Below, piece after piece: positions 39,359-50,100 of a stretch of DNA of 64,000 nucleotides; the stretch's first letter is position 1, and every line of letters begins with the position of its first letter. This DNA is from a virus. The translations under genes were made by a program, and so were the position numbers. The notes beneath the pieces were generated by a model. It did no database searches and was not told the DNA's origin. It saw nothing but the letters and a program-made list of their open reading frames with translations. The stretch lies in IMG/VR virus record IMGVR_UViG_3300024264_000013, positions 1-64,000 of that record; one strand, 5' to 3'.

Positions 39359-40315
39359 ATGGCATCATTAGAAGCATTAATCAAAGCGAAACAGCCTCAG
39401 TCTGAAGAAGAAAATCTAGAATCAGGCAGACTGTATAGTTTTTCAGAAGGAAATACTTACACAAAGTTTTGTAAGTGTTCATGTTGGTGCCCACAAGGTA
39501 ACGGTACAGCAGTAATTGAAGTTTGGGGCGCAGGCGGCTCAGGCGCAAAAATGTGTTGCTGTGGTAACGGATTACCAGGTAACTCAGGATCTTATTCAAA
39601 AACAACAAAAGTAATGACTCCATCAGATTACATGTACGGTTGTACAGGGTTTGCATGTGGTAATTCAGACGCACTATGTTTTAGAGGTTGCTCAGAACCA
39701 ACAATGGTTTGTATGGTAGCGGCGTCAGGAAACAGTTGTATGTGTGCAAGAGGCGGTAAAGGTGGCGTAAGTTACTGTTCAACAGGTACATCAATGTACT
39801 GTTGTTTTAGAGCAGGCGGATTTTGTCATACTAACACAGGACCAAACTGCGGTACAATTTGTAACCAATGTTCAGGACAGTGGGACGCTATTGCATATGG
39901 CGGTGACGTAAACAGATGCGGAAATATTTCATGTATGGGCTTTCATGGTTGCTATCCAGCATGTGTATGTTTATTTAGAGGCATGGTAGCATTTCCTCCA
40001 GGTATGATTACAGAGTGCGGTGGAATTGTACAGTACGGTATGTCAGATGATTCAGCACACTCACGTTGGTCAGGTATGGGTCAGTTTGAAGCAAATGCTA
40101 TGATTAATGGCGCAGGTAGATCACCAGGTGAAGGATTAACATGGAAAGCATGTTACCAAGGTGATACAAGTTGCGGTTGTTATAATACTAACGGTTGTCA
40201 AAGTACTTTACCATATGGCGTTGGAGGTCCAGGACCTCAACCTTGTCCAGGTGTGAGAGATCACGCAACACGTGGTGGTATGGGTGCAATTAGAATTAAG
40301 TTTATAGAAAGTTAA
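39359..40315 (+). CDS. Cys/Gly-rich 318-aa virion protein (paralogue 2 of 3)
   Basis: Collinear with 16621: NLE.GR, WGAGGSGA.MCCC, CFRGCSEP, RWSG, PCPGVRD, IKF.E. Confidence 0.65.
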   Translation: MASLEALIKAKQPQSEEENLESGRLYSFSEGNTYTKFCKCSCWCPQGNGTAVIEVWGAGGSGAKMCCCGNGLPGNSGSYSKTTKVMTPSDYMYGCTGFACGNSDALCFRGCSEPTMVCMVAASGNSCMCARGGKGGVSYCSTGTSMYCCFRAGGFCHTNTGPNCGTICNQCSGQWDAIAYGGDVNRCGNISCMGFHGCYPACVCLFRGMVAFPPGMITECGGIVQYGMSDDSAHSRWSGMGQFEANAMINGAGRSPGEGLTWKACYQGDTSCGCYNTNGCQSTLPYGVGGPGPQPCPGVRDHATRGGMGAIRIKFIES

Positions 40316-40331
40316 GGAACAGGAGTAATTT

Positions 40332-41288
40332 ATGGCAGGATTAAGAGCAATATTAGAAAGTAGGTCGACGCCGTTCGCAGAGGATAACCTTGAAAAAGGC
40401 AAATTGTGGGCTTACTCGACTGTTGCTACATATTCAACCTATCCAGGTTGCTTTTGTTGGATTTCACCAGGTACAGGTACAGTAGAACTTGAAGTCTGGG
40501 GAGCAGGTGGCGGCGGTTCTAGAATGTGTTGTTGTTCAGCAACAATATCAGGAAACTCTGGAGCGTACAGTAAAAGAAGTATTTCAGTGGCAACAAATTG
40601 TTACATATGTGGACACGCAGGTAAAAGTTGTCGAAACGGTAGCCTTTGTCATAGAGGGTGTTCAGAACCAGGCGAAGTATGTTGGACAGGCAACAGTGGC
40701 AATAACGGCTGTATGTGTGCTCAAGGTGGTTGGAGTGGTGCTAGTTGGTGTACAACTGGTACAGCACGTTGGTGTTGTTTTGCCGCTAACAACTGGTGTA
40801 AAACACAATATTCAGGGTATTGCGGTATTATTTGTAATGCTTGTAACAATAGTTGGAAAAACCAAGCATATGGTGGCACAACTAACTGTGAAGGTGTAAA
40901 GAGTTGTGTTACGTTTTGGCATTGTTATCCAAACTGTAACTGTTCAACTATTCATCACACTGCGTTGCCAGCAGGTATGTTTAGTACATGCGGAGGCGTA
41001 GCATCGTATAGTTTAGATGATGATAACGGTCACGGTAGATGGTCCGGAAATGCTTTAAATGGATACCAAAATTCACTAAATAGTTTGTCAAGAATGCCAG
41101 GTGGTGGTACATATTGGTCACAATGTTGGAACGGAGTTCGAGCATGTGGTTGTTATGACACACAAGGGTGTTCAATGTTTGTTCCACACGGTTCAGGTGG
41201 TCCAGCGGCAACACCGTGTTCGGGAGTTAGAGACAATGGATGGGCCGGCGGAGACGCATTAATTAAAATTAAATACATAGAAAGTTAA
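40332..41288 (+). CDS. Cys/Gly-rich 318-aa virion protein (paralogue 3 of 3)
   Basis: Same motifs: NLEKG, WGAGG...RMCCC, RGCSEP, RWSG, PC.GVRD. Confidence 0.65.
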   Translation: MAGLRAILESRSTPFAEDNLEKGKLWAYSTVATYSTYPGCFCWISPGTGTVELEVWGAGGGGSRMCCCSATISGNSGAYSKRSISVATNCYICGHAGKSCRNGSLCHRGCSEPGEVCWTGNSGNNGCMCAQGGWSGASWCTTGTARWCCFAANNWCKTQYSGYCGIICNACNNSWKNQAYGGTTNCEGVKSCVTFWHCYPNCNCSTIHHTALPAGMFSTCGGVASYSLDDDNGHGRWSGNALNGYQNSLNSLSRMPGGGTYWSQCWNGVRACGCYDTQGCSMFVPHGSGGPAATPCSGVRDNGWAGGDALIKIKYIES

Positions 41289-41301
41289 TGGAGATATAGA
41301 A

Positions 41302-41997
41302 ATGAACAAGACTTTTACAGTAACATATGCAGATGAGCCGTATAAAACGACTACTGCGGATGGAAATACGTTTGAATGTACGTATAACGGTCCTAGATGG
41401 ATTTTAGGACAGGTTGACAGAGATGACGACCAAGTTAGAGAAGCAGGACGTAGTGATGAATCAGCAAGTGACCCAGCAGTAGATCCTACAGGATACGAAC
41501 CTGATGAATATGACTACATCTTATTAGATGCAAATGAAAGCGATGCAATGACTGCTCGTTGTGCATATATGACAGATGATTATACGCATCCAGATGTTGC
41601 TGATTACACAGAAACAGTTACAGATGCTGATGGTACAGAAACTACATTCACTCATGTGTACGAAGGTACAACAGGTATGCTTGCACACATTTATATGGGC
41701 GATAGTTTGTTATACAATCATGAAACGTCAACTTGGACAGATCCAACTTTACGTACTCACAATAATACAAGAGAAGATACGTTAGCAACGTGGGCGGCGC
41801 AAGCGGCAGGTATTAGACGTGCTATATCATCAGACGGTGATGCACACAATAATTTAACTGATGCTGAAAAAACTACACTAGGTAATCATGCTACATGGTT
41901 AGAATCAATTCCAGTAAAATACGCAGGTATTAATCATTGGAAAATTCCTTATCCAGATGCAGTATTACCAAACTTTGTAGATCCAGCAGATCAATAA
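41302..41997 (+). CDS. Hypothetical acidic protein, possible fibre assembly chaperone
   Basis: Follows the Cys-rich genes; C-terminal WL.SIP..Y.....WKIPYP resembles tail-fibre chaperone ends. Confidence 0.45.
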   Translation: MNKTFTVTYADEPYKTTTADGNTFECTYNGPRWILGQVDRDDDQVREAGRSDESASDPAVDPTGYEPDEYDYILLDANESDAMTARCAYMTDDYTHPDVADYTETVTDADGTETTFTHVYEGTTGMLAHIYMGDSLLYNHETSTWTDPTLRTHNNTREDTLATWAAQAAGIRRAISSDGDAHNNLTDAEKTTLGNHATWLESIPVKYAGINHWKIPYPDAVLPNFVDPADQ

Positions 41998-42023
41998 AAA
42001 CTAAAAATTCTATATCCAATCTT

Positions 42024-42074
42024 AATCGGATTCAACAGTATTTTTTATAACTATTGTTGAGTCCGATTTTTTTT
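42024..42074 (+). terminator. Long hairpin plus T-run (terminator-like)
   Basis: 17-bp stem AATCGGATTCAACAGTA/TATTGTTGAGTCCGATT followed by T-run. Confidence 0.6.
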
Positions 42075-42090
42075 ATGGAGACAAATATAG

Positions 42091-43059
42091 ATGACTAGAA
42101 GTAAAGCATTTTTTCTAAACGGCGGCGCTGGGCGTATGCTGTGTTCAATCCCTGCACTAGAATTATATGAACAAGAATCAGGTGATAAAGATTTTGTAAT
42201 AGTATGTGAAGGCGGGACTGACATGTTTAAAGGTCATCCTAAATTACATAAACGTGCTTATGATCCTTGGCACAAAAACCTATTTGAAGATATAATAAAA
42301 CATAGACAAGTAGTTAATCCTGAACCATACCAAGTATGGGAATACTACAATCAAGAATGTAGTTTAGCACAAGCATTTGACATTATTCTTAATAATAAAG
42401 GTGTAAGAAAATTAGAAAAACCTTTTTTAAATTTAAGCAAAGATGAAATGCTAGTTGGTAGAAAACTAGTTAACGAAGTTAAAGAAAAACTTAAAAAAGA
42501 TAAAGTGCTAGTATTCCAACCTTTTGGAAGAGGAATTGAAATACTCGATGATACCCCAATTGATGTCACTGCACGTAGTTTTGAATTTAAAGATGTTAAA
42601 GAACTACTTAAAATTTTAGAAAAAGATTATGCTATTGTTATGATGAGTGAAATGAAAATGGAACTTAAAGGCGAAGGTATTAAACAAGAAATAGCAATGC
42701 CCGAAGGATTAAGTCTACGACAATGGGCTGGAATGATTAAATTTTGTGATCACTTTTTGGGTTGCGATAGTGTAGGTCAACATTTATCATATGCTGTTGG
42801 TACAGAAACTACAACAGTAATTGGAGCAACTTATCCAGTTAATGTAAGTTATCCAAATAGTGAAGGTATTAAAATTGTAGATCTTGGAATGACTGAAAGA
42901 GTTTATGACCCTATAAGAATAACTCAAGACGAAACAGTTAATAGATCTAATGAAAAACTTATGCAAATGGATGACCAAATTCGAGATTATGTTATTGGTG
43001 TTGTTAAAAGAGAAATTGACCCTGATTCACCCGAAGATGATGTAGCAGAGAAAAAATGA
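42091..43059 (+). CDS. Glycosyltransferase family 9-like (heptosyltransferase-type)
   Basis: N-terminal GG.G..LC..PAL; C-terminal L.Q....I..CD.FLGCDS.GQHL..A.G GT-B/GT9 motif. Confidence 0.7.
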   Translation: MTRSKAFFLNGGAGRMLCSIPALELYEQESGDKDFVIVCEGGTDMFKGHPKLHKRAYDPWHKNLFEDIIKHRQVVNPEPYQVWEYYNQECSLAQAFDIILNNKGVRKLEKPFLNLSKDEMLVGRKLVNEVKEKLKKDKVLVFQPFGRGIEILDDTPIDVTARSFEFKDVKELLKILEKDYAIVMMSEMKMELKGEGIKQEIAMPEGLSLRQWAGMIKFCDHFLGCDSVGQHLSYAVGTETTTVIGATYPVNVSYPNSEGIKIVDLGMTERVYDPIRITQDETVNRSNEKLMQMDDQIRDYVIGVVKREIDPDSPEDDVAEKK

Positions 43060-43916
43060 GCCGACTCTTTGTATTAGGGTGTTCATTTAGTAATTATGCA
43101 TGGCCAACTTGGGCAGATATGCTAGGGTTAGAATTTGACAAATTTGAAAACTGGGCATTTCCAGGCCTAGGCAACAGAGCAATAGCAGAACGTGTTGCAG
43201 AAATACATGCAAGAAATCAATTAACAAAAGATGATACTGTAATAATACAATGGACTAGTCATCTAAGACATGACTGGCATGCTACAGATAATAGACATCA
43301 AGACAACGCAGGCTGGAAAACTTCTGGTAGCATATTCAATTATATAAATGAAGAATTATATAACGAAAAATGGATACGAACATTTTGGGATGAAAATAGT
43401 TATATGATGCACACATTTAATAATATTTTACTAACACAAAACTTTTTAAATGGTATAGGATGCAACTGGCGCATGACTAGTATGGGATATATTAATAAAA
43501 TGAATAGCGACTACCCAGATGATACACATGGCGAAAAAACTAAAGAAGTAAACATATGGGAAAGTGCTCCAGGATTAAAAATATACGAAACTATATTTAA
43601 AGATAAATCAAAATGGATTACTCCAGTAGGATCTTTTGCATGGACACACGAAACTAAGCCTTACAAATTTATTTCAGTACAGGATAAATCTGTTTTTACA
43701 TCAGACAGACATCCTACAATAATTCAGCATAATGATTACTTAAATAAGCATGTTTTGCCTAGTATAAACAAAAGCCAAAAACAATCAGATAAAGTAAATT
43801 TTTGGATAGATACTATTAACAATTTATATGATAACAGTCGTAAAGATTTTAATCAATTTGTTGGAAATATAAGCAAAAATATTAATGGTTGGAATAACAG
43901 TTATAGAGGATTTTAA
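43056..43916 (+). CDS. SGNH/GDSL-like hydrolase or acyltransferase
   Basis: LFVLGCSFS block I, N.A.PG.GN block II, IIQWT, D.HP block V. Confidence 0.55.
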   Translation: MSRLFVLGCSFSNYAWPTWADMLGLEFDKFENWAFPGLGNRAIAERVAEIHARNQLTKDDTVIIQWTSHLRHDWHATDNRHQDNAGWKTSGSIFNYINEELYNEKWIRTFWDENSYMMHTFNNILLTQNFLNGIGCNWRMTSMGYINKMNSDYPDDTHGEKTKEVNIWESAPGLKIYETIFKDKSKWITPVGSFAWTHETKPYKFISVQDKSVFTSDRHPTIIQHNDYLNKHVLPSINKSQKQSDKVNFWIDTINNLYDNSRKDFNQFVGNISKNINGWNNSYRGF

Positions 43917-43919
43917 ATT

Positions 43920-45725
43920 ATGAGCAAACCAGTTTGGATAGCAGGTATAGCAAGAGGACACAACGCAGGCGTTTGTCTATTAAAGGACGGCGAAGTAGTA
44001 TTTGCTGTTGAAGAAGAACGTTTAAGTAGACAAAAATATGACGGCGGACCTTTTGCAACAATGGTAAAAATACTTGATTACACAGATAAGTTAGATTATC
44101 TAGTTGTTGCTCATACACAAAAATTACAAGACTCTGCAGGTACAATTGACTATAGCGGAGATGATGTGTATACTGGACTAGCACGTAAACTAGGCCTTAT
44201 TGACAAAAAGTCAAATGCATATACATATGAACATCCACAAGTAATTGATCTTGCTTTTATGCACCACAAACTTCATAGTGCTTGTGCATTTTATCGTTCA
44301 GGATTTGATAGTGCAGTAAGTGTTATTGTAGACGGAGCAGGAACTTTTGTTCCTATTGGAGTTAACAATGAACAAGTTATGAGTTGGGAAGTAGAAAGTA
44401 TTATTGATTGTGCTTATCCTGCAACATTTAATACTTTGCATAAAGTCTACGGAACTAGAGATCCAATTCAAGGCGGCATTGTACAAATGGACAGTACACA
44501 ATTTGGTGAGAATGGTCGAACACACTCAGCAGTTGTAAGTGACAGAGCAGGTATTGTAAAAGCATACGAAGCGGCAACTATGTACTGCGGTTGGCAAAGT
44601 ATTGAAGCAGGTAAAACTATGGGATTATTTCCATATGGTAAGCCTAATGATAAATTTCCAAAACTATTTGAAGATACAGCAGATTATCCATTAACAAATA
44701 GAAACATTGTAGTACCAAATTATCCTAACGGTGCATTAATCAATGCTGGGCTGTATAAAGAACTTTCCGAACAACCTAAAGAAAAAGAAAATAGCGATCT
44801 TACATTACTACAAAGTAGACGTGATATTGCGTATGCTGTGCAAACAGAAACACAAGAACAAGTTACAGATTTAATTAGAAATGCTGTTGAATTATCTGGT
44901 AACAAAAACGTTGTTATTAGTGGAGGATACGGATTAAACTGTGTTGCAAATTATCATTATTTAGATGCATTAAAAGACGAAGGCATTAAAATTTATGTTG
45001 AACCAGTTTCAAATGATGCAGGTACAGCAATGGGTGCCGCAATGATGTTTTGGTATGGGTTAGAAGATGAAACAGAAAAACGTCAAACACAAACATTATA
45101 TTTAGGCCCTGCCAATAATTACACATCAGAAGATATTGTTGCAAAATCTAAAGAAGCAAGTGTAGAATTATCAGATGCTACACACGAAGATGTTGTAGAC
45201 TTAATTACTAACAAAAATATTGTAACTATTTTCCAAGGTCAAAGTGAAAACGGTCCGAGAGCGTTAGGTAATAGAAGTGTACTATACGATCCGACAGATC
45301 CAAACGGTAAAGACCATGTTAACAAAGTTAAACACAGAGAATACTTTAGACCATTTGCTGGAACTATTTTACAAGACGATGTACATGAATGGTTTGATCT
45401 ACGCGGCATGGAAGATAGTCCACATATGATGTATGCTGTAAACTGTCAACCAGGTATTGAAGAAAAAATTCCTGCTATTATACATGTAGACGGTACATGT
45501 AGAATTCAAACAGTTACAAGAGAACAAAATAAACATTACTACGATTTAATTAAAGCATTTAAAGATAAAACAGGTTGTCCTATTATCTTTAATACTAGTT
45601 TTAATTTAGGTGGTGAACCTCTTGTTGAAACACTTGAAGATGCTATTTGGACACTACAAAATAGTGATATTGAATATCTTTACCTTCCTGAATTTGGAAA
45701 ACTAATCACTGTTAAAAACGCATAG
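43920..45725 (+). CDS. Carbamoyltransferase, NodU/CmcH family
   Basis: HNAG..L..DG....A.EEERL.R.K, HH..H..CAFY.S, GKTMGL.PYG, SGG..LNC.AN, E.GPRALGNRS, VK.RE..RPFA, HVDGT.R.QTV, NTSFN. Confidence 0.92.
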   Translation: MSKPVWIAGIARGHNAGVCLLKDGEVVFAVEEERLSRQKYDGGPFATMVKILDYTDKLDYLVVAHTQKLQDSAGTIDYSGDDVYTGLARKLGLIDKKSNAYTYEHPQVIDLAFMHHKLHSACAFYRSGFDSAVSVIVDGAGTFVPIGVNNEQVMSWEVESIIDCAYPATFNTLHKVYGTRDPIQGGIVQMDSTQFGENGRTHSAVVSDRAGIVKAYEAATMYCGWQSIEAGKTMGLFPYGKPNDKFPKLFEDTADYPLTNRNIVVPNYPNGALINAGLYKELSEQPKEKENSDLTLLQSRRDIAYAVQTETQEQVTDLIRNAVELSGNKNVVISGGYGLNCVANYHYLDALKDEGIKIYVEPVSNDAGTAMGAAMMFWYGLEDETEKRQTQTLYLGPANNYTSEDIVAKSKEASVELSDATHEDVVDLITNKNIVTIFQGQSENGPRALGNRSVLYDPTDPNGKDHVNKVKHREYFRPFAGTILQDDVHEWFDLRGMEDSPHMMYAVNCQPGIEEKIPAIIHVDGTCRIQTVTREQNKHYYDLIKAFKDKTGCPIIFNTSFNLGGEPLVETLEDAIWTLQNSDIEYLYLPEFGKLITVKNA

Positions 45726-45764
45726 CGACTTTCTTCAAACTCCGATAAATAGTATAAAGCGAGT

Positions 45765-46157
45765 TTGATTATGGATATATTAAAATACTTTAAAAAAGGC
45801 CTAAGAGGCACAGTACTGGTCCAAGGAAGTCATTTTTCCTATGGTGGATCATGGAAATCAGTAGAAACTTCTCTACCACTAGATAGATGGTATCAAGGTG
45901 ACTTTGCAAGTGCTGAATATACAATTAGTATCGAACTAGGTAGAGATAAAAAAGAAATTATAAAATGTCTATTAACTGCTTCACCAAACGAAGCAAGCGT
46001 AGTAGTGTATGGTAGAACTAGCACAACTACTGATTTAGTTAATGTAACTGCACAAGTTACTAACTCTTATGTTGAATTAATTTTAACACCAAAAACAGAT
46101 GCTAATAAAGGTGCTAAAGCATCGTTTAGTGCAACTTATTTTAAGAGTCATACCTAA
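45765..46157 (+). CDS. Hypothetical structural protein (start may be ATG 45771)
   Basis: Late promoter GATAAATA at 45744; beta-rich SAEY.I......E motif. Confidence 0.55.
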   Translation: MIMDILKYFKKGLRGTVLVQGSHFSYGGSWKSVETSLPLDRWYQGDFASAEYTISIELGRDKKEIIKCLLTASPNEASVVVYGRTSTTTDLVNVTAQVTNSYVELILTPKTDANKGAKASFSATYFKSHT

Positions 46158-46195
46158 ATTGTTGTTAGATAAATATATAAAACTGGAGTACTAAA

Positions 46196-47131
46196 GTGGC
46201 CGTAGAAGAAAGACAATTTGAATCAGAATTTGGATTTAAAAGTCCAGGATTTACTGTAGATAAACTAGGAAATATTACAGCAACATCTATTAATGCCGCA
46301 GGCGCCGGTGGCGGTGGATCAGGTGCTACAGGCGACTTTACTGTTACAGCAGATAACGGAAATTTTAGATTAGCAAGCGAAAGTGTAATTGTTGGTAGCG
46401 GTAATAATCCAACAATAACAATGACTCGTGGACAAGAGTATTCCTTTACTTTAAATTTAAGCGGATCACCTTTATCATTTAATATATTAGATTCTACAGG
46501 ATTAGTTAGGTATAGTGATGGTCTTCAGCATCAAGCAGAAGATGGTACTATAACCAATGGAGCCGCGGCACAAGGATTTATTGCCGGTAAAGTTGTGTTT
46601 ACAGTTCCTTCAGATGCAACTGATACATTATATTACGGTAACACAACAGGCAGTGTTAGAGGAACAATTAACGTTAGTGATGCTATTGCAGTTGATGCTA
46701 CTTTTGCTGATTTAACTGTAACTGGAAATACAAGTTTACAAGCACTTACTGCTACATCATTTACTTTAAATGGCAACGGCACAGTTACTGGTGATATGAC
46801 TGTTGAAGGTAAATTAATTGGTGACTCATTAAGTGTTAATGGCCTAGGAGTTGCTGAATTTAATGCTGGAACTAATATTGTTTTACGTGCTGGCAACAAA
46901 ATAGATATTATTATCGATGATGTAATAATAGGAAAAATTGATAGTGCTGGTACAACAATGCCAGTGATTAATACAACAGTAAATAACACGCCAATTGGTA
47001 CAACTACAGCATCAACCGGCGCATTTACATCAGGAACCGTTGCTAGTCAACCGACGACAGCAAATGGCATAAGTAATAAAAAGTATGTAGACAACACATC
47101 GACAGCATTAGCGATTGCACTTGGGGTATAA
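46196..47131 (+). CDS. Fibre-associated structural protein with degenerate cupredoxin-like domain
   Basis: Late promoter at 46168; NPTI...RG..Y.F, F.VP.DA..TLYY; NKKYVD...ALAIALG C-terminus. Confidence 0.6.
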   Translation: MAVEERQFESEFGFKSPGFTVDKLGNITATSINAAGAGGGGSGATGDFTVTADNGNFRLASESVIVGSGNNPTITMTRGQEYSFTLNLSGSPLSFNILDSTGLVRYSDGLQHQAEDGTITNGAAAQGFIAGKVVFTVPSDATDTLYYGNTTGSVRGTINVSDAIAVDATFADLTVTGNTSLQALTATSFTLNGNGTVTGDMTVEGKLIGDSLSVNGLGVAEFNAGTNIVLRAGNKIDIIIDDVIIGKIDSAGTTMPVINTTVNNTPIGTTTASTGAFTSGTVASQPTTANGISNKKYVDNTSTALAIALGV

Positions 47132-47134
47132 TTA

Positions 47135-50100
47135 ATGGCAAAGAAGAAAATTAATAATTATAAGTTTAAACCAGGAATAGGTTATTTAGATAATTTATTT
47201 CCAAACGCTTATGCACTTTTAAATACAAACAAAGCATTTTTACAAGCAGAAACTGGACAGTTTATTACTGAACGAGTAAGTGATGCTACGGCTTTTCAAG
47301 CAGATTTAATTGCATTAGTTGATGACTTAGAACAAGAAATGGTTTTAGGAACGACTGCTACACAAAGACTATGGGGACAAATTGAAAATAAAAAAGATGT
47401 CCAAGTAAAATTAACACGTAAAAGAACATTACAAAGATTAAAAACTGGCCTAGCGGCTTTAAGTAACGTAACAAGCACATATCAAACTGCAATGGAAAAT
47501 GCAATTGATGAAATTATTGATATTGCTGATAACGGATTTACTAGTGCTACTGCACTTGTTACATCAGAGCGCACAGGTGAAGCAATAGGAGATATTGGCC
47601 TTGCTGTTGCAAGATTAAAATCTAATCGTGCTTTTATGATTCGTGAAACAAAAGCATTTATAGATGATGATACTCCTGGTAATACAATTACTACTGCTAG
47701 TGATTTTGAAATAAATCTTGGATTATTAATAGACGGTATTACACAAGACGTATCAACAACAGCAAACAATCTAACTAGAACAATTAATACTCAAATTTAT
47801 GTTAATACAACTCCGTCAGATAGATCATTACTAGGTGATGGTATGACTAGACTTGGAACTGTAATTAAACAAGTTGTTGAAGGTAGCACAGTTGTACGCA
47901 CTACTGGAAATTCGTTATCACAAGACACATCAGGAACAAGTGCTGGTACAGTACTAGGTGACAGATGTAAAACACATATATTAGATACACAAACAGTTAT
48001 TGCAAACGGAACTATAGCAAGTTTACCATCCGCTGTATATCCAAATTATAGTGACGAACCAGCGGCAGGTTTAGCGGCCGCAACAGATTTAGAAAATAAT
48101 AAAACTATTGTCTCTACAAATGTAAATGCGTTTTATAATTATACATTTAACCAAGCAAAATGTGAAAGAGATACTGGATTAATTTTAAATGCATACTTGT
48201 TTGATTTACGCTATGGCGGCAATTTCAAAACTTATGATTATGCAAGCAAATATTGGGAAGGCGATGTAGCACAAGTTGATGGCACACGTTATCCAGAGTT
48301 AGACACTCATAGTTGGCTTACAACATTAATTAGAGATTATGTGTTTGACAAAATAGCATATCCAAAAGAACAATCAGCAACAGCACAAACAGTTACAGGT
48401 GACGATGCGGAAACAGGTGCTGACACACCAATTACAGATCTAGGCTCTTTAGTAGTAACAACTATCGAAGGTGGATTAAGTGCAAGGCCTACTTTTGTAG
48501 ATACCGGTGCTGGTTATGTAAAGTTTCCAGGTAACTATGATTCAAGCGACATATTATTAATTACTAACACAACAGATAATGAAGTTATATATGCATTCAA
48601 CGATGTAAATAATGGCGGCTTTACTGAACAACCATCAGAGTTTATTTCAACTAATGGCTATGCATATGATGAAGATGAAGACTTTCCAAAATATTTACAA
48701 ACAACAGATGCCATTACAAAAGTTTATTTTAATAAATCAACAGCATCTCAAATTTCAGAAGATAAGTTACAAATTTATGTTGACACTGATGAATTAATTG
48801 TTAGACCATATGAGTTTGGTACAGATTCAATTGAACGTCAGCGTACTGCTGAACCACAGTCAATGCTTGATGCTGACTTTGAATATGGACTTCAGCCTAC
48901 TAAATGGAGTGCTATTGCAACAATGCGTGGTTATCCATCAGTATACGAAGTTCCAGGAACTGAAACAAGTGTTATAACAGTTATATCAGATAGTAGTGCT
49001 GGAACAGAAGGAGTTGGTAGTTCATTAATTACTGTTACAACAGCAGGTGCTCACGGATTTGAACTTGGTGATGCTATTACTATTAAAGGATTAAAACAAG
49101 ACGTACAAGGATACAGCAGAGCAGAAGGTGCATTTATAATAATCTCTGTACCCAATGCAATTAGTTTCCAATTTTATGCAAAAGCAAAAGTCGGAACTGG
49201 TGGTAATGTTAATATCGAAGCAGAAGCAACACAACTAAGGCAAGCAGGATTTTACACAGGTGCAAGTATTGGTGTACCAACATTTAGTGTAGAAAGTCAA
49301 GGTAGTTCGGGTGTAATTAGGCCAGCATTAACTGTTGATTCCGGCGAAGACGTAATACCGTTCACAGTTACATCAGGCGCCGCACCAGAAATTGGTGCTC
49401 CATTATCAGCATCATCAGGAATTTCACTTGGTACACAGGTTACTGGTAGAGTTGGAACTGGTGGTATTGCTGTAACTCCAGTTACAACAGCAGACTTTCC
49501 TCCAGGAACAACAGAGATTACAGTACAATCTGCAACAGGCATACAACAGAATATGGCCGCTAACAAAGGTGACGGTACAGTAACACTTGTTAACACAGTT
49601 GTAGGAAATACAATTACACTTAATGAAGCAATAACAACCGATTTTTACGGTAACTTAGTTACGTACACAGCAGTTGAAGGTACTAATATTGTAAGTTTAG
49701 GATTTGGTGCGGCATTTAGTATTAGCAGAGCAGGCGGTAATTATTCATTAGTTGAAATTGTTAATTCAGGACAAGATTACCAAGTTGGTGATGTTTTAGA
49801 AATTCAAGGTGAATTTTTAGGTGGTATTACACCAACTCATGATTTAAATATAACAGTTAATACTGTTGATACAGGTGGTGAAATATTAACTGTAACACTA
49901 GCAGGTAATGCTTTTGACGGAACTGCAACTTTTCCTAATACAAATGGTGAATATCAAAACGGTCAAGGTACTGGCGGAACATGGGATATAGGTTATACTT
50001 CTAATGTTTTCAACTCAGTTACTCAAGTCAATCCAAGTTTTGTTGCACAAACAGGTCAAACATCAGGCGGTGAAGGTACAGGTGTTTTATTAGATTTTAC

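Noticed and set aside
16621-41288. Diversity-generating retroelement or invertase-driven fibre switching among paralogues
   Set aside because: No reverse transcriptase, recombinase, template/variable repeat pair differing at adenines, or inverted crossover sites seen in the window
43920-45725. Carbamoyltransferase as a DNA hypermodification enzyme
   Set aside because: Cannot be excluded, but no nucleotide-modifying partner (e.g. hydroxymethylase) is nearby and the neighbours are GT9/SGNH within the structural cluster
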